In this document: positions 8,562-16,590 of the stretch, in pieces
How positions within the stretch are numbered: position 1 is the first letter of the stretch
Layout: each line of letters opens with the position of its first letter
Position numbers and translations under genes: made by a program
Notes under the pieces: generated by a model
The model's input: only the letters and a program-made list of their open reading frames with translations
Databases searched by the model: none
What the model was told of the DNA's origin: nothing
Assembly: GCA_021498095.1 (NCBI GenBank)
Contig: JAIZWK010000001.1
Span: forward strand, 2,970,001-3,002,000
From: Candidatus Harpocratesius repetitus
Lineage (GTDB): Archaea > Asgardarchaeota > Lokiarchaeia > Sigyniarchaeales > Promethearchaeaceae
Reading direction: 5' to 3'
DNA: 32,000 nt

Positions 8562-10673
8562 TTATTTCTTTTTTTCTAAAGTCAAGTTGTTATAATAATA
8601 CTGATGAATTTTTTTCCTCAAGAAAAAATATTTAAATTTTGCTCCTAAAATATTTAGTATTTCGAAAATAAGCATGAAATATCGAATTATATAAACATTA
8701 AAATGAAAATGGTAAAGAATTTGTTTTTTCAATTTAAGTAAAGGAGGAAGTGCGTAGATTATTTTCTTTGATTCATCATCTTTAGTAAAAATGCCTTTAT
8801 GACAATATCCTTGCATTTTTTTTTTCGAAAAAATTGGTGAGAGAAAATCACGAAAATATCCCAAAATATAACCCGAAATATACGGTTTGCTATTAAATAC
8901 ACATAAATGATTATAATGCAATTGCATTTGTTGTTTATCAATAATTTCTTTTAAATTCTGTCTCGAAAGTTGTTTTTCATCGTATATAGTTGGAAATTCT
9001 GTTATTATCCATGGTTTATTTCTTTGAGTACTATAAAGAAGATCAAGTATCCATGAAATTTGATTAAGACCGCTATAATAAAGTCCGAATTTTAAATTTA
9101 TACAAACAATATCTATATTCCGACGAATAGGATCAAGGACAAAATGATCTCCAATAAAACTTACCAATCGACTAGAATCCCACCTTTTAACTAAAGAAAT
9201 CATAGTATTCAAGAATTTTCTAAACGTAAAATTCATCACCGGAATTTCATATCCTAAAGACCAAATAATAATACTGGGATGATTAAAATCTCTTTTTATC
9301 ATTGTATAAAGCATTTTAGTAGCCAAATTGCTTGTTTCTGAATTTTTTAACTTAACATCCCAGAAAAGGGGTAATTCTTCCATAATTAAAATTCCCTCTT
9401 CATCAGCGAGAGCTAACAATTTTCGATCATGCGGATAATGTGTATATAGAAAATTAATACCAAGGGATTTCATGCGAATTATTTCTTTTCTACGTAATTC
9501 AAGTGAATAATGCCTTCCGAATGGTAGTTTTTCTTCATGCAATGTAACTCCAACTAAATTAAGTGGATTGTTATTTAAAAGAAGAGAATTATCTAAAGTC
9601 TTAATCTCTCGAATTCCAAATCTTATCTCTTTATCTTCATCAATACCATTTAAATGAAGTTTAATTAAATAAAGATCAGGTGTCTCCGGAGTCCAACACG
9701 AAGGATTATCCAATGTTATTTGAATGTTATTTAATAATTCTCGATTATCAGGCGTATCATTAAATTGACTATCAAAAAATTCATCTCTTCGTTCCTTTTT
9801 GATACCCTTTTTTGCCAAACTGCGTGGATTTTGCGAAAAATATGATTCTAAATCTAATGGTTCCTCTTCACGTTCGATTTCATCAAAAATATCTTTGAAA
9901 TATTCTTGCAAAGACTCATAATCATGAGAAATATGTGCTAGTTTTTGCAAAGTACTTGGATTTACATCTTGAATCCCAGTCTGGATTAATATTTGATTAA
10001 ATTGTTGTTCACCATTAAAAAATTGACCTAAATAATATAATTCCCATTCAACTTGTGGTTCAATCTGCATGGCATAGCAACGATCTAAAAATTCTTGGGG
10101 ATTTTTAATGCTAAAACTAACAGAAATTCGAGCACTTGAATTATCTGGTGGTATTACTTGTGAATAAATTTTTATTCTAGTTACTCTTGTCTTTTCAAGT
10201 ATAAGTAACTTTACTGTACGGTGAATACCCCCCCAATTAAACCAATCATATAAATCAGATGGAACTCCGTTACGATCTAATTTATTTGAAACCCTTACAA
10301 CAAGATAATTATCTTTTGTTATTGATATCAGTCTTGGATTGAAAATAAACCTAAAGGGTAAAAAATCTCCCTTATTTTCACCCAAAAAATGTCCATTAAG
10401 CCAAACTTGAGTGTCATAATTAACTGCTTCAAATTCAATAGAATATTCATGAGATTTGGGTCGATATGGAATTTCAGGAATCTTTTTAATATACCATACA
10501 ACACCTGCATATCTATTTAATTCAGGAATTGAATTAAAATTAGATGGAACTTGAATCTGTTTAAAGGATTTTTTATGGTTTTTCAGCCATTCTAAAGAAT
10601 ACCATTGGAATTTAAAACCTTCATCTTTAGTATCCACAATAAAATCCCAAGTTCCATCTAAATAAATATCCAT
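8562..10673 (-). CDS. Glycoside hydrolase family 2 (beta-glucuronidase-like) protein with altered active-site motifs
   Basis: YAGVVWY, FEAVNY...VWLNG, DWFNWGGIHRTV, WTPETPDLY, FGIREI, GVTLHEE, HYPH, RDFNHPSIIIWSLGYE, IITEF, HKGIF. Confidence 0.85.
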   Translation of the reverse strand: MDIYLDGTWDFIVDTKDEGFKFQWYSLEWLKNHKKSFKQIQVPSNFNSIPELNRYAGVVWYIKKIPEIPYRPKSHEYSIEFEAVNYDTQVWLNGHFLGENKGDFLPFRFIFNPRLISITKDNYLVVRVSNKLDRNGVPSDLYDWFNWGGIHRTVKLLILEKTRVTRIKIYSQVIPPDNSSARISVSFSIKNPQEFLDRCYAMQIEPQVEWELYYLGQFFNGEQQFNQILIQTGIQDVNPSTLQKLAHISHDYESLQEYFKDIFDEIEREEEPLDLESYFSQNPRSLAKKGIKKERRDEFFDSQFNDTPDNRELLNNIQITLDNPSCWTPETPDLYLIKLHLNGIDEDKEIRFGIREIKTLDNSLLLNNNPLNLVGVTLHEEKLPFGRHYSLELRRKEIIRMKSLGINFLYTHYPHDRKLLALADEEGILIMEELPLFWDVKLKNSETSNLATKMLYTMIKRDFNHPSIIIWSLGYEIPVMNFTFRKFLNTMISLVKRWDSSRLVSFIGDHFVLDPIRRNIDIVCINLKFGLYYSGLNQISWILDLLYSTQRNKPWIITEFPTIYDEKQLSRQNLKEIIDKQQMQLHYNHLCVFNSKPYISGYILGYFRDFLSPIFSKKKMQGYCHKGIFTKDDESKKIIYALPPLLKLKKQILYHFHFNVYIIRYFMLIFEILNILGAKFKYFFLRKKIHQYYYNNLTLEKKK

Positions 10674-10816
10674 AGGCTCATTCCTTCATTCTTCAAAGCT
10701 TTATTTTTTTATTCACCAATATATCTTATATATTATTTGAGTTAGAGAACTAGAAAAAAATAATATTAAAAAATAATAAAATTTGAAAAAAATCTTGATT
10801 TGCATCTTTTTCCTTG

Positions 10817-10849
10817 AATTTTCATTGAAATTTCATTAAATTTTCATTA
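10817..10849. repeat. Three tandem copies of an 11-bp unit (AAWTTTCATTR)
   Basis: aattttcattg-aaatttcatta-aattttcatta, read directly from the intergenic region between the ATPase stop and the GH2 start. Confidence 0.6.
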
Positions 10850-10875
10850 AATTGTTAATAGTAGATGTGCTTGCT

Positions 10876-12792
10876 TTAAGGAGACTGATCATTTGTGTCT
10901 GATCCAATTTCATTTCCTTCTTTTCCTTCTTCACCTTTTTCTTCACCCATTTCATCAACAGGTTTTTCGTAAGGTGCCTCAGGAATTTCATAATCTGGCA
11001 AATTTCCAAATATTGATTCTGCCATGAATAGACCTTCTCTAGATGGTTGTTTTATGGCTTGAGAAATCAAAAATTTCGCTGAATCTTCACTAAATTCAAA
11101 TACAGTGATTTTATCACTAAATTGATTTAAGATCGATTTGTATTTTGCTCCACCAGTACCTTCTGGAACAATTAAAATTGCTTTGTCTATTGCGCCCTCG
11201 CCTATTGCATTTGAGACTCTCTTTGCTGCATAATAAGCTGCTACCCCACCACTTTTAGTAAAGGTTTTAACTGAAGGAATCTCAATTCCATATTTCACTC
11301 CTTCAAATTCAATCATACCTGCTAAATTGTAATTTCGTTTATTAAATGTAAAAGAAAGAGGAGTAACAAGATTAATTTCTTTTCCATAACGTTCTGCTAA
11401 TACTTTTATGGATTTCAAAGCAGCACCTGCAACAGATTGTGGATTAGCTTCAATTGTATAATCCTCATCTTGCATTAATTCTTCAATTTTATCCAATATT
11501 GATTTACTTGGAGCGCTTGTTTGAGTTGTTTTTGCCCCCTTTAATTGTACGGCTTCTGATGATGTTGCTTTTGCACTAGAAGTTGCTTCAGCAGCCGTGC
11601 TTTTAATAACTTCATCCAGAGACATTTCATCATAAACAATTTTATCAACAAATAGACGAATAAGCTTGATTATTGATCGTTGATTTCCATCGGTTTTATC
11701 ATAAATTGCTCGCAATACATCTTCATTAAGTGGAAACAGTGGATATATTGGAGGGTTTAGATTATTCTGTGCCCAGAAAAATTCAATTGCCTTCGCAAAA
11801 TAAAGAAGAAGATCATCAAATTTGAAATATTCTAATTCACGCTCTTCCTCCATCCGAGAACGCATAGCTTGATCCGCAGTTTCTTTCACGCGAGGCCAAA
11901 TTTCTTTTAGAACTGCTAAAACAATTACTAAATTCTTAATTTCATTATAAATTCTTTTCAAAGTCTCTAAGAATTTGGCTTCAGCCTCTGGCCCAATCAT
12001 CCTGTACGGGGATTCAAGTTCATCGAAATATAATAAAATCGTTTGACCTGCATTCTCACATATTAATTTAATCATAGCAAGACAGATATCATCACTTTCG
12101 ATGACAGAATTAATACCAAGAGTATCAAGTTCACTCTCTTCGAGATCTTCTCCTAATAACCATCTTTCAGCTAACCCAGATCGATCTTTATCCAATGAAA
12201 ATATACAAAGAGCTTTAACACAATCAGCAAAGATTCCAGGATATTCTCTAATGCCATTTTGAATGGTTTCTTCTAAATCTTGACCCCCAAATAGCCCCAA
12301 TTTCTTTTTCTTATGACCACCCCATCGCTCAACAAGTCTATCAGCTACAGTATGTAGGATTTCAGCAGTAAGTTCATCAAGTAAGCAAGTGTAAACATGA
12401 AGAAGAATTCTAACTGCTGCAGGTGGACTGGGGACATAAACTATTGTCCAATTATCTGGGATATTTTCAGGGATATCTACTTCAATTCCTTGGGCTCTTT
12501 GTTGAATTTTACGTTCAATACTTTTATATGCCCAATAAGCATGCGTTTTTCCTGTACCAGCACTTCCAATAATTGGTAACATACGTGTAGAGTGATCGGC
12601 TTGAGTTTGGCGAATGGCACGGAAGAGAAAGCGGTCGATTTTGGCGCGTGGTCCTGGAATATCTACTACATCTTGCATTGAACCGCGAGCAACAAATCTA
12701 TCAAAAGGTGTTGTTCCTTCCTTTAACACATCCAAATAAAGATCGATTTCATCAGGATCCATCTCAGAAAATATATTCATAATAATCTCCAT
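10876..12792 (-). CDS. P-loop NTPase (AAA+/STAND-like) with an Ala/Ser/Thr linker and a C-terminal alpha/beta domain
   Basis: Walker A GSAGTGKT, Walker B LLYFDE, a candidate Arg finger (RSRM) and a lid helix with GNQR. The likely start is ATG 12780, after GGAG. Confidence 0.75.
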   Translation of the reverse strand: MEIIMNIFSEMDPDEIDLYLDVLKEGTTPFDRFVARGSMQDVVDIPGPRAKIDRFLFRAIRQTQADHSTRMLPIIGSAGTGKTHAYWAYKSIERKIQQRAQGIEVDIPENIPDNWTIVYVPSPPAAVRILLHVYTCLLDELTAEILHTVADRLVERWGGHKKKKLGLFGGQDLEETIQNGIREYPGIFADCVKALCIFSLDKDRSGLAERWLLGEDLEESELDTLGINSVIESDDICLAMIKLICENAGQTILLYFDELESPYRMIGPEAEAKFLETLKRIYNEIKNLVIVLAVLKEIWPRVKETADQAMRSRMEEERELEYFKFDDLLLYFAKAIEFFWAQNNLNPPIYPLFPLNEDVLRAIYDKTDGNQRSIIKLIRLFVDKIVYDEMSLDEVIKSTAAEATSSAKATSSEAVQLKGAKTTQTSAPSKSILDKIEELMQDEDYTIEANPQSVAGAALKSIKVLAERYGKEINLVTPLSFTFNKRNYNLAGMIEFEGVKYGIEIPSVKTFTKSGGVAAYYAAKRVSNAIGEGAIDKAILIVPEGTGGAKYKSILNQFSDKITVFEFSEDSAKFLISQAIKQPSREGLFMAESIFGNLPDYEIPEAPYEKPVDEMGEEKGEEGKEGNEIGSDTNDQSP

Positions 12793-13084
12793 TTTTTAGT
12801 ACGCTTATCTATATAGCAATTATCTTTGATCTTTATAATATTTTTTTATAAAAGTGAGAAAAATTAGCAGATCTATTAAATAGAAGAACTTCCAAGAGTA
12901 TCATGGAATAATTTTATCGTTCCTTAATAAAATCTTAATTTTTTAAGTTTTTGATTTAAAAATTATTCAATATTATCTTTTGTTGAGCTACGGATAAAAA
13001 TATTGAACAATTTGAGAAAAATCATAAAGGAAATATAAGTGATTAAGTAATTAAATTTTTTTAGGACGGCTCCAGTGATTATTA

Positions 13085-13870
13085 TTGAGAATAATGGATT
13101 CCCGGAAACGTAAAACTAAAGATGAAAAATCGAAAGACAAGCCTGAAAATAATTCAAAGAATGAAGAAGATGACAATGTTTATGATGAAAGTGAGGAAGA
13201 TGAATTTGATTCTGAAGACGACCATGTAAACGAACAATTCGATCCATTCAATTTAAGTGATGATTTTTTTAATATGCTGAATGATCAAATGAGAAATTCT
13301 TTCAAAGCATTTCCAGGAATCATTCCCCCTAATTTTGATGCAAAATCAATGCGGAAAATTTTTAACGAAATATTTAAGAAGATGAATTTAGATCCAAGAC
13401 AACTTAATAATCTTTCACCGGAAGAACTTCAAAAATTCATGCAAAAGAATAAATTTGGTTTTCAAGGACCTTTCGTTTTTGGAATGAATTTTGGAATTGG
13501 GCCAGATGGAAAACCAATTATCAATTCATTTGGCAATGTTAAACCAAAACCAAGAGGAGAACCTGAAATTAAAGTGGAACGTGATCCTTTGGTTGATATC
13601 TTTGAAGAAGATAATGATTTAGTAGTTGTAGCAGAGGTTCCTGGTGTTCAGAAAGAAAATATTGAATTAAAAGCATCACCATTTGAATTAGAAATCGTGG
13701 CATCATCTCTAGATGCGGGGAAATCTGCCCGAAATTATCGTAAAGTGGTCCCGCTTCCAACAGAGATAAATCCTGATGTCGCAAAAGCAAGATATACAAA
13801 TGGAATTTTGGAAGTTCGACTAGAAAAACGCACTTCACATCCATCTAAAAAACGAATCAAAATTGATTAA
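13085..13870 (+). CDS. hsp20: Archaeal small heat-shock protein (Hsp20) with an acidic N-terminal extension
   Basis: GPFVFGMNFGIGPDGKP..NSFGNV, ERDPLVDIFEE, VVVAEVPGVQKENIEL, AKARYTNGILEVRL and a terminal IKID (IxI) motif. The likely ATG is at 13094. Confidence 0.9.
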   Translation: MRIMDSRKRKTKDEKSKDKPENNSKNEEDDNVYDESEEDEFDSEDDHVNEQFDPFNLSDDFFNMLNDQMRNSFKAFPGIIPPNFDAKSMRKIFNEIFKKMNLDPRQLNNLSPEELQKFMQKNKFGFQGPFVFGMNFGIGPDGKPIINSFGNVKPKPRGEPEIKVERDPLVDIFEEDNDLVVVAEVPGVQKENIELKASPFELEIVASSLDAGKSARNYRKVVPLPTEINPDVAKARYTNGILEVRLEKRTSHPSKKRIKID

Positions 13871-13974
13871 ATAATCTAAAAGAAAGAAAATTAAAGGGAT
13901 AAAAAAAAGATACAAAAAATATTGAGATAATCTAATTAAATCCAATGAGAGAAAATATTGCAAAAAATTTGGAG

Positions 13975-14877
13975 TTAAGAACTTTTTGGGAATAAATCTT
14001 CGATTTTTTTTGGATCAAATATTTCCATTTTTTCAATTTGATTAATTAAAACATCAATTTCATCTTTTGTTTTTTTTATTTCTTGTAATCTGAGATCCAA
14101 TCGATGTTCCACTTGAGTCAAGCGAGATCGATGACCTCGAAGAAAATCAATAACTTCTTCTTTATTCTGGAATAATTCGATTTTATTTAGAATTATTTCA
14201 ATTAAGTCTGCTTGATCTATTGGTTTTCTAAAAAACGGAGAATTCTCAATGTTTTCATCTAAATGATGTATATGCACATGAGGTTGATGGTGTGGTGGAC
14301 GGTGAGAATGTGGAGGACGGGAATGAGGATGATGAGAGTGTGGGGGATGTGAATGAGGATGATGAGAGTGTGGATGATGTAAATGTGGTTGATGTAAAGG
14401 TATTCCCATTCCATATCGCTCAAATGGAGCCAAATCATCTAATATTTCCCCTCTTTCAGCCCATTTTACTCTTATCTCTTCCAAGTGCTGTGCACCATCT
14501 TCAGTTAATGTATAGAATTTATTTACGCGGCCGTTAACAATTTCTTCACGAACTGCTACATAATTCTTTTCTTCCAGCCATTTTAGAAGCCGAATTAGGC
14601 TTCCTCTTGGTATAGCATATAATTCTTGCAGTTGATATCCTGTAATACCATCAGTTTCTTGTTGAATTTTAGTTAAGATTACTAAAAGCTGCATTTCACG
14701 AAATGAGTCCCGATGTAGCAATTGACGGCGTCTAATTCTTATTGAGGGATTAATTTCATGAGGTGGATGAGCGCGTGGATCATCTGGCCTAAATCTTCTA
14801 CTATCTTGATGTCGTGGTTTCATAAGCATCAATATATTAAAGGAATTATTAGTATTTAAATGTGTCCAATTGGACAT
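13975..14877 (-). CDS. PadR-family wHTH transcriptional regulator with a His/Pro-rich insert and a C-terminal coiled coil
   Basis: LLVIL...ITGYQL...IPRGSLIRLLKWLEEKNYV...NKFYTLTEDG is the PadR wHTH. The likely start is ATG 14829 or 14823, given the TATA position. Confidence 0.8.
   Translation of the reverse strand: MSNWTHLNTNNSFNILMLMKPRHQDSRRFRPDDPRAHPPHEINPSIRIRRRQLLHRDSFREMQLLVILTKIQQETDGITGYQLQELYAIPRGSLIRLLKWLEEKNYVAVREEIVNGRVNKFYTLTEDGAQHLEEIRVKWAERGEILDDLAPFERYGMGIPLHQPHLHHPHSHHPHSHPPHSHHPHSRPPHSHRPPHHQPHVHIHHLDENIENSPFFRKPIDQADLIEIILNKIELFQNKEEVIDFLRGHRSRLTQVEHRLDLRLQEIKKTKDEIDVLINQIEKMEIFDPKKIEDLFPKSS
14263..14394 (-). repeat. Intragenic 15-bp/30-bp period tandem repeat encoding (H/P)PHS(H/R) pentapeptides
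   Basis: On the + strand gaatgaggatgatgagagtgtgg occurs at 14321 and 14351. The protein reads HPHSH HPHSH PPHSH HPHSR PPHSH, with 21 His in 44 aa. Confidence 0.9.
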
Positions 14878-14879
14878 AT
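14853..14879 (-). promoter_or_regulatory. TATA box with an abutting palindromic operator upstream of the PadR gene
   Basis: Minus-strand TTTAAATA at 14860-14853 lies about 25-30 nt upstream of ATG 14829. The perfect 14-bp palindrome TGTCCAATTGGACA is at 14863-14876. Confidence 0.6.
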
Positions 14880-14999
14880 ATCAAAAATCGACATATTAAA
14901 AATTAATTTTTATTAATTTAATGCATCCATAATCAAATATCTCAATATCTTATTTTTTCAGTACTACAAAATTTCAAAAATTACCTCAAATTCTTTAGT

Positions 15000-15680
15000 A
15001 TGATTATGGAGCAGTATAAAAAAGATTTTATTGAATTCATGGTAAAATCGAATGTGCTTTTATTTGGAGATTTTATTACTAAATCAGGAAGAAAAACCCC
15101 TTATTTCATTAATACTGGCAATTATCGAACTGGTGAACAAATGGAAAAATTAGGTAAATATTATGCAAGAGCTATTAAAGAAAATTTTGGAACTTCATTT
15201 AATATTCTTTTCGGACCTGCATACAAGGGAATTCCACTTGTTGTTTCAGCATCTATTGCTTTGAATAACCAATATTACTATAACACTGAATTTTGTTTTA
15301 ATCGAAAAGAAGCAAAAGACCATGGAGAAAAAGGAACACTAATTGGAGCCAAACTGAAAGATGGTGATAAAATCATTATTGTTGAAGATGTTACTACAGC
15401 TGGAACTTCAATTAGAGAAACTGTCCCAATTTTAAGATCTCAAGGTTCAGTTGAAATTGTTGGTTTAATAGTATCAGTTGATAGAATGGAAAAGGGTAAA
15501 ACAAATCAAGGTGCCTTAAAAGAACTCGCAACAGAATTTAACATGAAGACATGTTCTATTGTAAATTTAAATGATATAATTGAATATCTTTATAACCGAG
15601 AAATAGATGGAAAAATCTTGATTGATGATCAACAGTTAGAAAAAATGAATCAATACCGCGTTCAATACTGTAGCACCTAA
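15000..15680 (+). CDS. pyrE: Orotate phosphoribosyltransferase
   Basis: FGDFITKSGRKTPYFIN, LFGPAYKGIPL, NRKEAKDHGE and the PRPP-binding motif IIVEDVTTAGTS. Confidence 0.95.
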   Translation: MIMEQYKKDFIEFMVKSNVLLFGDFITKSGRKTPYFINTGNYRTGEQMEKLGKYYARAIKENFGTSFNILFGPAYKGIPLVVSASIALNNQYYYNTEFCFNRKEAKDHGEKGTLIGAKLKDGDKIIIVEDVTTAGTSIRETVPILRSQGSVEIVGLIVSVDRMEKGKTNQGALKELATEFNMKTCSIVNLNDIIEYLYNREIDGKILIDDQQLEKMNQYRVQYCST

Positions 15681-15768
15681 TCACCTATTTTTATTTTGAA
15701 CCATAAACTACTTTTATGATAAATTTATTTTTTTTATTTAAAATAGATACTTAAAATGGGGAATTACA

Positions 15769-16551
15769 ATGAAAACACCAGAATTTTGGCAGAAAATGAC
15801 GAAAAAGCAGAGAAAAGAGGCAATCAATACAATTATTCTTGTTGTTGTAGTTATTGGTGGTACATTTGGAGCCATGGCTGTAGTTAAATTAGCATTACAT
15901 ACAGATTATCCATTAGTTGTAGTAACTTCAGAATCAATGTTACCAGATATCGAAGTTGGAGATCTTTTAGTAGTAAAGGGCGTAGATCCTTCTGAGATAA
16001 TTCCAGGAGATCATGAAAACCGCACAGGCAGCATTATTATATATGATACTCATGGAATTTGGGGAGATCATGCAATATCAGAGCCAGTAGTCCATAGGGT
16101 TGTTGGCAGCTACTATAACGATACAGATAATCGCTATTATTTTATAACACAAGGAGATAATAATTTTGATACAGATCCTCCAGGAATGATAAATGGCAAA
16201 TCAGAAATACCAGTCCCTGAAGATAATGTATTAGGTGTTGTAATTTACCAAATTCCTAAAGTTGGAAAAGTTAAAATGTTTTTAGATAATTCAGGATTAA
16301 CTTGGATTTTAATTGTGATACTAAGTGTTCTATTAGTAATTAGTATTGTTCAAGATATTTTACATCCTGAAGAAGATAATGAAGAAAAAGAAAAAAAAGG
16401 AAAAGAAGAGAGAAAGACCAAAATAGATGAAGTGACTAAAGAGAAAAATATTCTTGAACAAACAAAAGGAGATAATAAAACAATAAATTCATCAAAAGAA
16501 GAAAATACAAAAGGTGAACAACATTCTTCAGATTTTGATTTAGGAACTTAA
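15769..16551 (+). CDS. Signal peptidase I, archaeal/ER Sec11-like (S26B)
   Basis: N-terminal TM helix, VVTSESMLP (catalytic Ser), GDLLVV, VVHRVV (catalytic His), TQGDNN, then a second TM helix and a charged tail. Confidence 0.9.
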   Translation: MKTPEFWQKMTKKQRKEAINTIILVVVVIGGTFGAMAVVKLALHTDYPLVVVTSESMLPDIEVGDLLVVKGVDPSEIIPGDHENRTGSIIIYDTHGIWGDHAISEPVVHRVVGSYYNDTDNRYYFITQGDNNFDTDPPGMINGKSEIPVPEDNVLGVVIYQIPKVGKVKMFLDNSGLTWILIVILSVLLVISIVQDILHPEEDNEEKEKKGKEERKTKIDEVTKEKNILEQTKGDNKTINSSKEENTKGEQHSSDFDLGT

Positions 16552-16590
16552 CAAAATCATCATTTTATTTTTTTTTTATTTAATTAACTA

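Noticed and set aside
14292-14537. Plus-strand 81-aa ORF with acidic DVNEDDESV repeats
   Set aside because: It is the antisense reading of the His/Pro repeat. The minus frame is continuous with the PadR domain.
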